NCBI GenBank assembly: GCA_964016885.1
Contig: OZ024740.1
Location: forward strand, 400,272,001-400,336,000
Length of the DNA: 64,000 nucleotides
DNA from: Eledone cirrhosa
Taxonomy: Eukaryota
Reading direction: 5' to 3'
Numbering within the stretch: position 1 is the first letter of the stretch; each line of letters begins with the position of its first letter. The notes beneath the pieces are model-generated. The model ran no database searches. It was not told the origin of the DNA and saw only the letters and a program-made list of their open reading frames with translations. A program made the translations under genes and the position numbers. Below, one piece after another: positions 30,936-45,789 of the stretch.

Positions 30936-31789
30936 GACGTAAAATAAGAAAATTATGAAAATTAACTTACTAAAATTTCACTCCAACTAATTAGTTTCTG
31001 AAAGGGAATAAACATGGTTTCCGAATGGAACGCATGGAGAAAACCTTTCGTCATCAGGAAGTCTGTTCTCAGCTAAGTACCCAGGCGATGCGTGGACACA
31101 GGGAACTTATACAAAAATAATTCAGTGGATGGAAAAAAGCAAGCGTTGACTAAATTCCAAGACATTGAAAAAATCACTGCCTACTTCGAAAGAATCAATC
31201 ACGTGACATCGAGATTAATCAGTGAGGAGTGGGGTGTTAAAAAGACAGTAGCCGAACCATTACTATAGTAGCAGTTTTGGCAAATTTTTGCTCAACAAAA
31301 TAATTTGGAGATAATTATAAAGAATTAGTATATCTACCAACATATATACACAGATGCATACCTATGCTAGCAAATATATTGGTTTTGTGTTTGATTCTTT
31401 TGAATTAGCCACCGACCAAGTAGGCAGTGATGTTTTCAATGTCTTGGAATTTAGTCCACGCTTGCTTTTTTCCATCCACTGAATTATTTTTGTATAAGTT
31501 CCCTGTGTCCACGCATCGCCTGGGAACTTAGCTGAGAACAGACTTCCTGATGACGAAAGGTTTTCTCCAAGCGTTCCATTCGGAAACCATGTTTATTCCC
31601 TTTCAGAAACTAATTAGTTGGAGTGAAATTTTAGTAAGTAAGTTAATTTTTATAATTTTCTTATTTTACGTCTTTCATATAATTGTTCTGCATCCCCTTG
31701 CATTGAACCACAAAGTTACTAAGACAAAACCTATATATTTGCTAGCATAGGTATGCATCTGTATATATATGTTGGTAGATATACTAATT

Positions 31790-31795
<6 letters not shown>
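30929..31795. mobile_element. Fold-back element (family K) with HHRs at 30980-31062(-) and 31542-31624(+)
   Basis: ~250-bp near-identical arms. ACTTC-CTGATGA-C-GAAAGG..CCTTTC-A-GAAA-CTAATTAG-TT-GGAGT. Confidence 0.85.
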
Positions 31796-31825
<30 letters not shown>

Positions 31826-31827
31826 GG

Positions 31828-32000
31828 ATCGATCGACTTTCGTCAAATCGGACGGAGGAAACAATGTTTCCGTCGGTCTTTCCAGTTGCTAGTACTATCT
31901 ATCGGTCGCAACTCCAGGTAGAAGGAACAACGTGAAATAAAGTGTCTTGCCCAAGGACATAACGCATCGCCCGGTCTACGAATCGAACTCACAACCTGAG
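31828..32000 (-). mobile_element. SINE family 2
   Basis: Reverse match to 28445-28660. Confidence 0.8.
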
Positions 32001-32089
32001 GGGAGAGACCATATATATATGTGTGTGTGCGTATGTGTGCGTGCTTGTATATTTACACACACACAAACACACGCATACACAAATGATGT

Positions 32090-32222
32090 CTCGCCGAGGT
32101 TAGCTTTGCTCTTCATCCTTACGGGGTCGGTAAAATAAAGTACCAGTAATGCACCGGGGTCGATTTAATCGACTTTCCCCTCCCCAAATTGTTGGCCTTG
32201 TGCCTAAATCAGAAATCATTAT
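32090..32222 (+). mobile_element. SINE family 1, long-tail variant, 5'-truncated
   Basis: Central domain plus GGGGTCGATTTAATCGAC. Confidence 0.8.
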
Positions 32223-32820
32223 TGTTTTTGCGATTATTGAAACCGTCACTATTTTACTACATTTAATATTGTTTTCCATACCTTTCTCCTAACATAGCTG
32301 CAACTGACCATCTAACACCGATTCCTCTCCCAGAATAACATTCATCTAACTATTTCACTGCTTCATTACATATCTGTTCTTCCAAGTACGTAGTTTCCGG
32401 TTCCATTTCTCTGAGCTGCCCTATGGAGAAGGGGCTATATTTATGTACATGTAACTAACTGTTTTTCGCAGAAACTAAAACTCAGAAGAACATCCTCTAT
32501 TTTGAGGTGCTAGAGTTAACCCAAACGTCAGTTGGATCTCCACATTGGGCGTTGTAATGAATCTCACTCCATTGAAAGCATTCAGCATTCAGGCATGTTT
32601 TAAAGTTGACGCTAAAATTATAATTTACTCTTTTTTAACTTAATATAGATTTCATGCGTTGTGTATTCTATAATTATGTCTCATATGTTTCAAAATCTGT
32701 TTGGGAAGTATTTATCTTTCTCATAATATGAGCTACGTTTATATACATAGGAATATATACTTATGTACATACATATATGCGCTCGTACATACAAATAGCA
32801 TAGGCCCACACATGAATAGA

Positions 32821-32887
<67 letters not shown>

Positions 32888-33634
32888 TATAGATGCGTAC
32901 GCATGTGTGTGCATATATGTGTGTATGTGAGTGTACGGATATACGCATGTATTTATCGCTTTGTTATTTATTTCTCTAGCTTATATCAATATTATGTTCA
33001 TCACCACAAGGGACAGTGTTATCAACAAAAGTTTCATTTTTACTAGAATCAAACACGCACAATACACACACATATACGTACATTCATAAATACATGCATT
33101 GATATATACATATTAACATACATGTATTCATACATACACACATACATGTATATATACATACATACATACATACATTCATACATTCATACATGCATATACA
33201 CATACATACATTCATGCATATTATGAAACAATTTTTTCTATATTGAAGTATAAGTATATATGTCTTATTCTCTTTCACTTTGGGGAATTTCTGAGATGAC
33301 AACCCAAAGATACAAACATATTTAAGCTCTAAAAATTCCCATAAGGAACAAATTATGATAATATTTACTGAAGAATGGTTTGTAACTTTGCCATAATCGC
33401 ATGAAGTACCCATTCGACCTCACAATACATAAAAATACAAGCAACAAAATGGCAGCAAGAATGAAAACAAAAAACCAACAGTAACAACAACAACACTAGT
33501 TGTAACTGTACTATTAGTAGTTGTCACTGTTGTATTTTACTAGAATTAACACTACGTAAAACACTTCAATTAATGTTATTCGCTAACTTGCTTGGAACGG
33601 GTTCGTAAGATTACTGATTTTTGAAAAAAAATGA

Positions 33635-33636
<2 letters not shown>

Positions 33637-33665
<29 letters not shown>

Positions 33666-33749
33666 CTTCTTCTTCTTCTTCTTCTTCTTCTTCTTCTTCT
33701 TCTTCTTCTTCTTCTTCTTCTTCTTCTTCTTCTTCTTCTTCTTCTTCTT
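33637..33749. repeat. (TTC)n microsatellite
   Basis: Direct reading. Confidence 0.98.
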
Positions 33750-34099
33750 GTAATAGTACAAAATAATTGTAGACCGATTCTTATCATCATCAACACAGGA
33801 GAGGAAACAAAATGAAGGGTACAAAGATGGATATATCAGAGATAATCTCATACGTGCTGGGCATGTGCAAGACGTCGTTAAACACAGGAATTCCTCAATT
33901 GAAAAATGTAACAAAATGTACGGAAAAACAATAAAAAGAAGAACAAAAACAAAATTATTTCCCAATAAAAAAGACAACAGGAAGTACAAAAGCCAGAGAA
34001 ACACTATCTTGAAACAAAAAAAATCAGATTACAGCACTGCAAAAATGGTTAAAGTGAAAAAATATGGACACGGAACTACAAACCATACTAAAGAAGACA

Positions 34100-34670
34100 T
34101 GCAGAGAAAAAACACCCGGCGGCCAGTACCCGACAAAGCTCTACTTAGAAGAATTAAGCCAATATAAAAAGCCACAACAGTTCAAACGTCCTTGACTAAA
34201 AGCTGAAACGCAAGGAATGATTCTCCCTTCATAAGACCAATGTCGGATCACAAACTTGTAGAAGTAAATAATCATGAATACGGATCCCAACAGGAAAATG
34301 TTAACGTGTAAACAGCAGAATGGAACGGTTGATCATACCATCTCTCGCAGTGCAGTCCTTTCCAAGTCAGAATATGTACAGAGACGTGGTCTAGTTAGCA
34401 GTTATATCTATTGGGCAATATCCCAATATCACGATGTGAAAAGGTATAAACACGCACCAAACATGGCATATGTCAATGCCTTAGCCACAATCAATCCGGG
34501 ATATGGCTGTCAATAGAAGAATCAGGACAAATCATTCAGACCTAATAATCACGAACTGGAAATAAAAAGAAAACAGAAAAACAGATGCACGCTGATAGAC
34601 ATTTCATTCTCTTCTGACAAAAATGTTGACCGAAAAGATGTAGAAAAACTATTAAAATGAACTTGAAATT
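34100..34670 (+). pseudogene. Decayed R4/Dong-type retrotransposon zinc-knuckle/RLE region
   Basis: LKAETQGMI..DQ, CKQQNGTVDHTIS..VLSKSEYVQRR..YIYWAI. Multiple disablements. Confidence 0.7.
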
Positions 34671-34693
34671 GATATATGTATATATATAATATG

Positions 34694-35132
34694 TACCGTA
34701 TATACCGGTATACAAGTCGACCCGGCACAAAGGTCGAATCCTAACATTCTGAGGTGTAATTTAGGTTTAGGCCTATATTCGCCAGATAAGTCGACCCCCC
34801 AAAATAAGGTAGTACCAAATCCTCAGCCCTAGATGCACTTGTCATTCTTTATTTGCACAAAATATAAAACATGGAAATAAACACTAAAAAGTTGTAAAAT
34901 AAAATAGTTTAATATTTCTTACGTTAAATAGACTTAACAAACATAAGATTCAATAGGAAATAATTATGATGGGCTGCTAGATTTATAGTATGTGGTATAC
35001 AACGTGTGTTAGGCAGACAGTTTCACTTAGTGGTAAAGGATCAAATTTTATATTCGGTGCACAAATCGACCCCTGGTTTTGGAGAGATATCTTTAGGCTC
35101 CAACTGTCGACTTCTACGTCGGCATATTCGAT
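34694..35132. mobile_element. Tc1/mariner (pogo/Tc2-like) MITE remnant
   Basis: TA-CCGTATATACCGGTATACAAGTCGAC at the left; degenerate inverted GTCGACTTCTACGTCGGCATATTCG at the right; internal AAGTCGACCC repeats. Confidence 0.5.
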
Positions 35133-35312
35133 ATATATATACATATATATGTATGTAAGTTAACAATATATCGTTTAAGGTAATCCAACGTAGCTTCTAG
35201 CGATCAGCGATTTTTAGACACACCTGATTAATGAAACAATTGTTAATACTTTGAATAAACTCTATTGTACAGCCGACCACGTTATTCTTCACTCATTTAC
35301 TATATATATATA

Positions 35313-35652
35313 TAAATTTGAAGACTAAAATCCAAAGAGGGCTCGATAAGGATAAATATATATCAAATATATAAGAACCGTAGAGCAAATATTTATTAAA
35401 ATAACAGATTAAAGTTTAAGCAAAGAATCGCTGCTTTCACCCTTAACGGGATCTTCTGAAACTAACAAAGTCAATCTGTAAACGCAGAAGTGGATATTTC
35501 AAAAAACGTTGCAACCCGAGGAAGACAGGAAGCCGATACTTTGGTTCGTGGAAACGTTCCCTGGCAAAGAACGGCAATTAGTTTCAGAAGATCCCGTTAA
35601 GGGTGAAAGCAGCGATTCTTTGCTTAAACTTTAATCTGTTATTTTAATAAAT
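35313..35652. mobile_element. Family D fold-back with variant HHRs at 35413-35463(-) and 35580-35630(+)
   Basis: CAGAAGA core in both arms. (TA)n flanks. Confidence 0.8.
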
Positions 35653-35667
35653 ATATATATATAATAA

Positions 35668-35699
<32 letters not shown>

Positions 35700-35720
35700 A
35701 TATATATATGTATGTATATA

Positions 35721-35846
<126 letters not shown>

Positions 35847-37300
35847 TTTATTGTATATTCAATATTTCAGTTCAAATACGATATTCTTCACTCCCTACTA
35901 TATGCAACTAAAAACCTAAACAATAAACATAATTCACACCATATATACTCAACTAATAGCCAATACAAAACTCAAATTACGAACACCACACACAACAGAG
36001 CGAACGCTAAAATAAAACAAATACGAAGCTTAATCCCGTAATAAAGAAAGACATGCATTATAACAATAGGTTGAGTCTATACACTACCCACATTACAAAA
36101 GAAAACCACAAAAAACACACAATGCTGGGCTCAACACAGGAACTTGGAGGTGCACCAGAAAATGCTGTAGAATCTCGCATAAAAATATGAAAGAAAAATG
36201 CATTAATACCGAGCCGAATACACTGAGAAAATAAGAAACAAAAACGGCACAAAATAACAAAACTCACATCGCAATTCTACTGCACAAAATGAAACATTAT
36301 AATAACAGCAGAAACAACAAAACAAATCCCACAACAAAGAAAATTGATGTATATAAATACAAGTTTACACCCCCAAAAGAGAATGTTGTACACATCTCAG
36401 GAGCACGGATTTGGCTTGTTAGAGCAGTAGAAACGCGCAGAAAACTGTGGAAAAGATGATGATAAATAATAATGATAATAATAATAATATTAATAATAAT
36501 ATCAATAATAATATTAATAATGATGACGATATTGATAATGATGTCGATGATGATGATGACGATGCGACGATGATGATGATGTTGATGGTGCTTGTGATAA
36601 TGATTAAAAAAATGAAATCTTATACCTTGGAATTGTAAAATTACCACTAAATATATTTTTCTAAGGCTTTGCGCCAGTTTTTGTAATGCTGCATATTACC
36701 AATTGAGTCAACCGCAGAACGTTGTTATTATTTACTTTATCTACACTGAATGAATATAGCGCTATGTCAAACCCGGAGAGACTTGAACACATAACATTGA
36801 AACACTGATATGAATAGTAAAGTAGTGATACTTCTAGATGTTTTAAACAAATTCAAGAAACATATTCAGCATAATATGCTCTCAAAAGTAAAACCAACAT
36901 TAAAAACGGCATTAATAACAAAATATAGAACAGCAATAATAATAAGAAAGTAAATCAAAATGGGGAATTGATAAAGTCACTGATATTTTTGGTAAGTGAA
37001 ATCCCTTGTGCTGGAATTAAGTGAAGCAAGAGTATACGAATAGATATTGTAAATACTTACGATTTAACGAATCGCGTTTTATCTCCATGTTTACTTTTGA
37101 AAGTCTGTGTAAACATCTATTGTGAAAACAACATTCGTTGAAGCACAACAGGAAAGAAACATGCCCTTCTTACTCTGATTGATGTGTGTTTTTATAGCTG
37201 AAAACACCCATACTAAAACACAGAAGCGCATATACAATCGTGTATAGGCCGATGTGAACACGTAATCGTGCGTAGGTATTTATTTAGATGAACAAATATC

Positions 37301-37455
<155 letters not shown>

Positions 37456-37486
37456 ATATATATATATATATTTAGTAATATATTGT

Positions 37487-38178
37487 AAACACAGTAAATT
37501 TCGTGTCTAAAATTACGAGGGTAGAGAATGCCACAAATGTTTTAAATATTTAATCTTAAACATACAGTAGGATATAATTCTATACTGACCGTATCAAAAA
37601 CATTTCATCTCTCGGACAGATTAGAGTTTAAATATGTTTCTCCCTGAAAATTGTGTTTGTAACAGATGATCTGTAGGCTATCATCAGCGAGAGATTAAAT
37701 CAAAGGAAACAAAACACATCTAACAGCAACTGGAGGAGTAAAAATATGCACCTCGTTGGCTGCACGCTATACGTGGTATTAGTGGCTATGCTAGAAATAA
37801 TACGCTTATTACACTCAACTTATAAGCTCACCTAGATAGAGTGCCGAAATACAAATAAAATACAAATCGCTGATGATAGCCTACGGATTATCTGTTACAA
37901 ACACAATTTTCAGGGCGAAACAGATTTAATCTCTAATCTGTCCGAGAGATGAAATGTTTTTGATACGGTCAGTATAGAATTATATCCTATTGTATGTATA
38001 AGATTAAATATTAAAAACATTTGTGGCATTCTCTACCCTCGTAATTTTAGACACGAAATTTACTGTGTTTATTTATACATATATTACTATATAATGTTCA
38101 GTATTTATACTTTGAGCTTGTTTAATTGCAGAGTATCAATATGAGTTAATAACTCTGTATTTTATTTGTATTTCGGCT
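37487..38178. mobile_element. Fold-back element with HHRs at 37607-37695(-) and 37867-37950(+)
   Basis: ~200-bp arms. ATCTCTCG-CTGATGA...GAAA-CAGATT..AATCTG-TC-CGAGAGAT. Confidence 0.82.
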
Positions 38179-38600
38179 CCCGGTGTTTGCATAGCTACGG
38201 CTTCCTAAAACCGTATTTCTTTGGAGATATGAAATATTTATACAAATTGTATGAAGCTATGCTTCAAGCGAAATCCTATTTCTTTTTTATTATAAATTGA
38301 ACCAACTTATGCAGCTTCATATGCAAATGAGATCAATCACCTCATTTAAACAGACGAGAAAACTATATATTCTCGCCTGTCTTCTAGTCCAGCAGTCGCA
38401 AGCGGTGGGGGGACCGTCCTGACGATGGCCAGTTAAGCCTGAAATGCATAGACGGTTGTCCCCCTTGCTTCTATTGGACATCATCAGAAGGCGTTAGACA
38501 CCCGGTGCTTGCATAGCTACGGCTTCCTAAAACCGTATTTCTTTGGAGATACGAAATATTTATACAAATTGTATAAAGTTATGCTTGAAGCGAAATCATA
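38179..38600 (+). mobile_element. Retrozyme-like 322-nt unit with ~100-nt direct terminal repeat
   Basis: CCCGGTG.TTGCATAGCTACGGCTTCC begins at both 38179 and 38501, with an HHR between. Confidence 0.7.
38413..38456 (+). ncRNA. Minimal type I hammerhead
   Basis: ACCGTC-CTGACGA-T-GGC(CAGTTAA)GCC-T-GAAA-TGCA-TA-GACGGT. Confidence 0.85.
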
Positions 38601-38634
38601 TTTCTTTTATATATATATATATATATTCTTTTAA

Positions 38635-38727
38635 CAAAGAAATTGTGGTAAGGAGCCATATGGACCATAACGCACCAGAAATAGCCGTCGAAACGGCTTG
38701 AGCTCTGCCGTCGGGGTCATACTTTTT

Positions 38728-38778
<51 letters not shown>

Positions 38779-38962
38779 CGAAGGAGTTGTGGTAAGGAAA
38801 CAGATGGACCATAACGCACCAGAGTACTCAATACTTAGGGTAGTAGAGTGGGTAATAGGAAAAAGTATGACCCCGACGGCACAGCTCAAGCCGTTTCGAC
38901 GACTATTTCTGTCCAGAAATAACCGTCGAAACGGCTTGAGCACTGCCGTCGGGGTCATACTT

Positions 38963-38968
<6 letters not shown>
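38635..38968. mobile_element. Two family M hairpin elements
   Basis: GACCCCGACGG..GTTTCGAC / GTCGAAAC..CCGTCGGGGTC. Confidence 0.75.
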
Positions 38969-39037
<69 letters not shown>

Positions 39038-39392
39038 ATGGAAAACGAAAAATCAGTGATGCATTGGAACTCAATTTATTGTGTATTACAATTTTTTCTC
39101 CGGCGAACAGCTCGATGTGCGAACTGCGTGTGGATCGACCTGACTCTGGACTCGCAGGTTCCTCGGACACGTCTATTGATTTAGGAACATATCCTCTTTC
39201 TGGGGTTTCTGACCCTACAGGTCTGTATCGTCCACCTTCATCCGCTTTGCGTGTCCTTGGGTTGGTCACTGGTTAAGGACGTCATCATTATTCTGACCAC
39301 TTGTAGCAGCCCGCTGACCGCCAGGGCGTGAGCTGTCACTCACCCACTGTCTCGTCGGCAAAATTACTGCTGTTTGTCAGCTCCCACTCCCA

Positions 39393-39472
<80 letters not shown>

Positions 39473-39784
39473 TATATACGCACGCATATACACAGACACA
39501 CACCCATACACGCACCCGTATATATACATGCACACACACCACACACACGTACGCATTTGTACACATACATACACATACACGCACAGATATATATACATAC
39601 ATACACATACATACACACATATCCACATCTGCACATATATATGCATATATACACACATACACATACATATATATATATACACATCTACCCACACGCCCAC
39701 ACACACGTATACACATATACGTCTACACACACACATATACATATATATATCCCCCACTCTCAAGCGTGAAACTAATAATGATAT

Positions 39785-40210
39785 CTACTATAGGCACAAG
39801 GCCAGCAATTTGGGGGGAGGGGAAAGTCGATTAAATCGAAACCAGTGCATTACTGGTACTTTATTTTATCGACCCCGTAAGGATGAAAGGCAAAGTTAAC
39901 CACGGCGGGATTTGAACTCAGAACGCAAAGCGCCGTAACTCTATGCTGCAAGGCATGGTGTCTGACGCTCTACCGATACTGCCTATCCACCGCCATGAGC
40001 GTGAAGCGTGAAACTAATAATAATTGTTTGTACTTTTGGCACAAGGCCAGCAATTATCCCAGTGCATTACTGGTACTATATTTTATCGACCCTGTAAGGA
40101 TGAAAGGCAAAGTTAACCTCTGCGGGATTTGAACTCAGATCATAAATGGAGGTAACTGTATGTTGGAAAGCATGGCGCCCGACCCTCTACCGATACTGCC
40201 AATCCACCAT
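39785..40210 (-). mobile_element. Two tandem SINE family 1 copies
   Basis: Reverse A/B boxes and central domain at 39785-39993 and 40015-40210. Confidence 0.88.
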
Positions 40211-40599
40211 AATAATATCATTTGTACTGCCTCTTCGTTTTTCTGTTTTTTTTTCTCTGTTTACTTTTTTAAAAACTATATATATATATATACATACATA
40301 CCTTTATATATTTTTTCCCCTACACGTGTGCATACACACACACACAGACTCACACATATATTCCTACACATATGTATATATGTATATATACACACATCTA
40401 CACACACATAAAAAAATATATGCAAAAATACATGTAAGAAAAGCATTTAAAGATATACATTGGGCTTTACATGCAAAAATGCATCTTGCTGTACGTGCTG
40501 ATAGAGTTGATATTATGTTGCCAACGTGGACTTATCCACGTATAGACACCTCAAGCAAGGCTACATATGGGGAGTATATATATATATCTGTAGTCGACA

Positions 40600-40955
<356 letters not shown>

Positions 40956-41137
40956 GTGAATATGAATGTGAATATATATATGTGAATATGAATATGCATA
41001 CACAGATATATATGTGTATAGGAAGGACTAGTGAAGGAAAACGTTTTCGCACGCACACACACACGTATTTACTCTGTTACCCTTTTACCTGCTCCAGCCG
41101 TCCGGGTGAGGCCATGCTGGGGCATATATATATATAT

Positions 41138-41314
41138 AATTGTTTCTACTTTAGGCACAAGGCCAGTACATTACTGGTACTTTATTTTATCGACCCCGTA
41201 AGGATGAAAGGCAAAGTTAACCTCGGCAGGATTTGAACTCAGACTGTAAAGGGACGTAACTATGCTAGAAAGCATGGCGTCCAACCCTCTCCCGATACTG
41301 GCAATTCACCGCCC
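41138..41314 (-). mobile_element. SINE family 1
   Basis: Reverse central domain and B box. Confidence 0.85.
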
Positions 41315-41407
41315 TTATATATATATATATTTTTCTAACTTTGAGTTGGATTTTTTTCTAGATAGATAGATGGATACATACATACATACATACATACATA
41401 CATACAT

Positions 41408-42012
41408 GGTGGCTGCCAACTCGTTTTCGAGTACGGCCACTACTTTATATCCATATAGGAGAACCCCTACCGATGCGCTGAATGAGTGTGACTTTTTAGT
41501 CCACCCAGCGACTTGAAAACTCTGGTACAAACACTACACTTGTGACAATTATTGACACATAGTGCTTTGCCTTTGGTACCATGTGACGACAAGTGCAGAG
41601 AGATCTCCAGATATAAAGCAATGCCTGTGCCGTGAAGCTTTTATAGTGAGCAAAGACACTGCACAAAGCCAGTCCCACTCTCTTAACCAAGATGATATTT
41701 ACCAAAAAGAAGAACAAGTCAACATCATTGGATACCATCAGGGTTGCAGGTGTTATATCAGAGTTTTCCTTCTCCTAGAATTCTGCCTTGACAAAGGCTA
41801 AGGGGTCATCTCTCCCGGTGATTTTGGATGGCCATTGACTCTTAAGAGCTCTTTGCCCTTTGACAGGTTTTGTTTTTAGTCCTGCAGGATGTCCAAAGTC
41901 ACCCTCCTCACCAAGAAACCTTGGTGGGGTTGCCAGTTTAGTCGCCAACGACCCGACCATGAGACAGGTTGTACTGGAATACATGTTACCAGTAGCACCA
42001 AGTGGTGACCTG

Positions 42013-42014
<2 letters not shown>
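41408..42014 (-). mobile_element. 600-bp element, copy 2, in (CATA)n
   Basis: Full reverse match to 901-1508. Confidence 0.9.
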
Positions 42015-42047
<33 letters not shown>

Positions 42048-42089
42048 TAATATACACACATATATATGAGTGTGTACATTTACAAATCC

Positions 42090-42119
<30 letters not shown>

Positions 42120-42121
<2 letters not shown>

Positions 42122-42440
42122 GGGTAAATGGTAAAGACCACTTTTGGCTCCGAATGACGATGGCATTTCCACCAAAGCGCAAGTTTGTTGACCAGCAGTT
42201 GGCCATGCATACGAGTCTCTCCTCACCACGCCACCGACGTTTTCCATGGTAAAGTGAAAGTACGATACAGCTTGGCACCAGTAACGTCGTAACTCATTTC
42301 TACATCTCTGTAAACTGGATCATCATGAAATAAAGTGTCTTACTCAACGACACAACACATCACACGGTCTAAAAAACTGAATTTACAATCTCCTGGTCGC
42401 TAGCTTAACGCCCCAAAACCACTAAACAATGCGCCTTCAC
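42120..42440 (-). mobile_element. Diverged CORE-like tRNA SINE
   Basis: TGAAATAAAGTGTCTTACTCAA and the ATGCGCCTTCAC head shared with family 2. Confidence 0.6.
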
Positions 42441-42590
42441 TTTCTATATATCTCTATATATATATACATTGTAGGTTATTTCATTTTCTCCTATCTTTCT
42501 TCATAAGTGTGAAAAACACTCCTAATACCTCCTTATCTCAATATGTGAATTGATTTGTAAATGTACACACACATATATATGTGTGTATAT

Positions 42591-42624
<34 letters not shown>

Positions 42625-43019
42625 TGTATGTATGTATGTATGTATGTATGTATGTATGTATCTATCCATCTTTCTATCTATCTAGAAGGAAATCCAACTC
42701 AAAGTTAGATATGTAGGCATTGGGAGTGTTTTGCACACTTTTATAGAGAAATAAGAGAAACCGAAATAACCTATAATGTCACTGATGGCTATGAATGATC
42801 AAATCGAAAACAAGATTGCTACGATCTATAATGAATTTACTTGTAGGACACAAACAATATGTACTATTGCTAATTACATCCCTACTAAGACTTCATAGCA
42901 TCCAAAAATTGTTGTTTTACTCTTGCTATTGTTGCTGTTGTTGATGAAGGTCGTCTTGTTGTTGAAGATAATGTTTTGTTGATGATTCTGATATTAATGA
43001 TGTAGTTGGGTAGGTTGAT

Positions 43020-43750
43020 TGGTTCTGATCGGGTCAAACATATTCAAGCTGTGAGCATCCCACATTTCATTCGAAACGCAGACAGTTTGGCAATTTAAAA
43101 GACTGTATTGTATGTTTTGTGGGTGACTTTTATTGCAATAAGTAGGTACTTGGCGCTGTATCAAACAGGAAATTAAATAAATACTAGTGTATACTAATAG
43201 TATCTGGTTATGGTGTCCTCTCTCTGTATGTGTGTATCATTTACCATTATCTTCCGACATTGGGCATCTTTTCATAACGAATTTTACCCAACTGTCGACT
43301 CTCTTTCTGTCGATGTATCCTGGCCATCAGATTTCTCTCCCTTTGTCAAATGTTATGAGCATATATATTCATATGCAACGTTTATTTATCCGTTTGTCTA
43401 TATTTCTGTTTGATATGCCGGTCAAGGAAATTTCTATTTTCCGTGGGTAGGCTACCCGGTTCTCGTAATCTTTAATGTTATGTCCACATTTCCAATCCTT
43501 TAAACTATAGTTGTTGGTGTGATTTAAATGTTTTTAAGGTACATTTGTTGGTTTGATTTTGTGAAGACACTGCTTATTTATAGAGGTTCCGCGTTAGTCT
43601 ATTCTTCTTATTTTTCTTGGATGAGTTTCTCTCCAGCCTTTGACTTGATTTGCTTGTTCTATTTGGTTATTCTCCAGCATAATCACATATTGTATCACTA
43701 CTGCTTTTGTGTGTGTGTGACAAGTTTTTACCATCGATTTTGAATCACGC
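43020..43750 (-). pseudogene. Highly decayed R4/Dong-like LINE fragment
   Basis: Weak similarity to RLE-element 3' ends by eye only. Confidence 0.3.
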
Positions 43751-44413
43751 GTGAAAAGAGCTGATCTCTAAAGCTCCACATGCGAAATAGAATCTAATAA
43801 TTCTCCGAGAGAACTAATGATAAGACACGTGTACTGGGACAGACCATCCTTTAAAACCCACAAATATTTGAATGTTGAAGTAGTGCAGCGTCTTTTTAGA
43901 TTTCCTTCTGGCTTCCTCTTTATCTCTGATTGTTACTTTATCTACTTTTCGTTCTCAATTTGTTTAACCCATATAAACAACAAAAATAACATTGAAAGTA
44001 AGGACAATTTTTTTAAGAGCAAATGAAGATGTAAAACAAACAAACGTTATTTTTCGGGACTTGCTTGACGTTTACTGTTTCAGTTAATAAATATATTCGT
44101 AAGTGTTAGTTGAATCTAGATAAATCCGTTCAAGATAAGCAGTGAAAAAATGAACCCAATTATGGAAATAGAAGAATTACAAGTTGTTGTAGTACTACTA
44201 ATGTAAGGTAGAATCATTGTCCAAGTATGCAGTTTTATACATTTACATTCTTAATCAGACTATACATATAAATCAGACTATACATATAAATGTATAAGCG
44301 GGAATGTTGCTTGTGTGTGGGGGATTCTATATTTGTGTACATGGTCCTCTGCACTTTTTCTCATCGATTGTAAATTCAAACTTATCTATCTATCCATCTT
44401 TATATATATGTGA

Positions 44414-44464
<51 letters not shown>

Positions 44465-44494
44465 TATATATATATATATGTATATATATATAAA

Positions 44495-44562
<68 letters not shown>

Positions 44563-44659
44563 GATAATATATTTATATAAATATATTTATATACATATAT
44601 ATATCTGTATATAATTTTGAGTACGTGTTGGTTGTTTACCCTGTTGACTTACACCGCTT

Positions 44660-44716
<57 letters not shown>

Positions 44717-45754
44717 TATAGAGAGAGAGGGTGAGGGACTTAAACACACATATATATATATCAGCTAAAGCCATTTCTTACCAAAATACACGAGAACCTA
44801 AATACTTGTGTACATGATTATAACTTATTTACATACATAGCCGCCTACGTATTTCTATATAGGTATAGATGTATGTGTATAATTATACACATACATGTGT
44901 ACACATGTGTAATTATCTGTGTAAGTATGTATGTACACACGTATTTAATCTCATTCCGTGCTAATGTTTTCAGTGGTTGCCTTAAAAATAATTAGAAATA
45001 ATTAGAATCACAGAAGAAAGTCAAAACGAAGATAAAGTAAGAAAAAAATGTGAACAAAAAATTAACAACGTAAACAATGTTTGCAAAACAAATAGAAAAG
45101 CAACTTTACTATAAACAAAACGAAATGTTATTAAGATACTTTATTTGTTAATTCTTGGTGAAATTGAATAGCAAAACAGCATGAAAATGAAATATATGTT
45201 TGATTGTTTTTTTAAAAATATGTTTAACTTACATATTTATAGCTGTGTTCATAAACCCGCACAGACACACACACACATACGCGCAGAAATACGATCGTTC
45301 ACTCTGTATCTTTCTTACTGCCCCCCCCCCCCCCCATACACACACACACTCTCTCCCTTCTTGTATCTCATTCTACTCTGAACACTCTCTTACTCATAAC
45401 CTCCCTCTTATTCCCTTTCACCAACTCTGTTTAGTTGCTTTCTCCTTTTGTTAAATACTTTTTTCTATAGTTCCCCCATTTTAAACAATTCTTTATTGCG
45501 CCCCGTCACATGATATATATTTAATCATTCTATATACGTTTTCTTCATATAAATAAATATACATACATACACGCACACATACACGTTTATTTAGGTATAT
45601 ATATATATATATATGAATATATATATATATATATGCACACACACACACACACGTTTATCTAGGTATATATATATATATACATGCACACACACACACAGAT
45701 GTATATATATATATATTTATATATATATGATATATATATATATATACATATATA

Positions 45755-45789
<35 letters not shown>

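Noticed and set aside
29058-31795. Classifying the fold-backs as DNA-transposon MITEs
   Set aside because: Arms are unequal, breakpoints vary and the arms carry HHRs like the PLE 3' ends in this window.
39100-39390. GC-richer island with short ORFs
   Set aside because: Single copy here with no identifiable motif.
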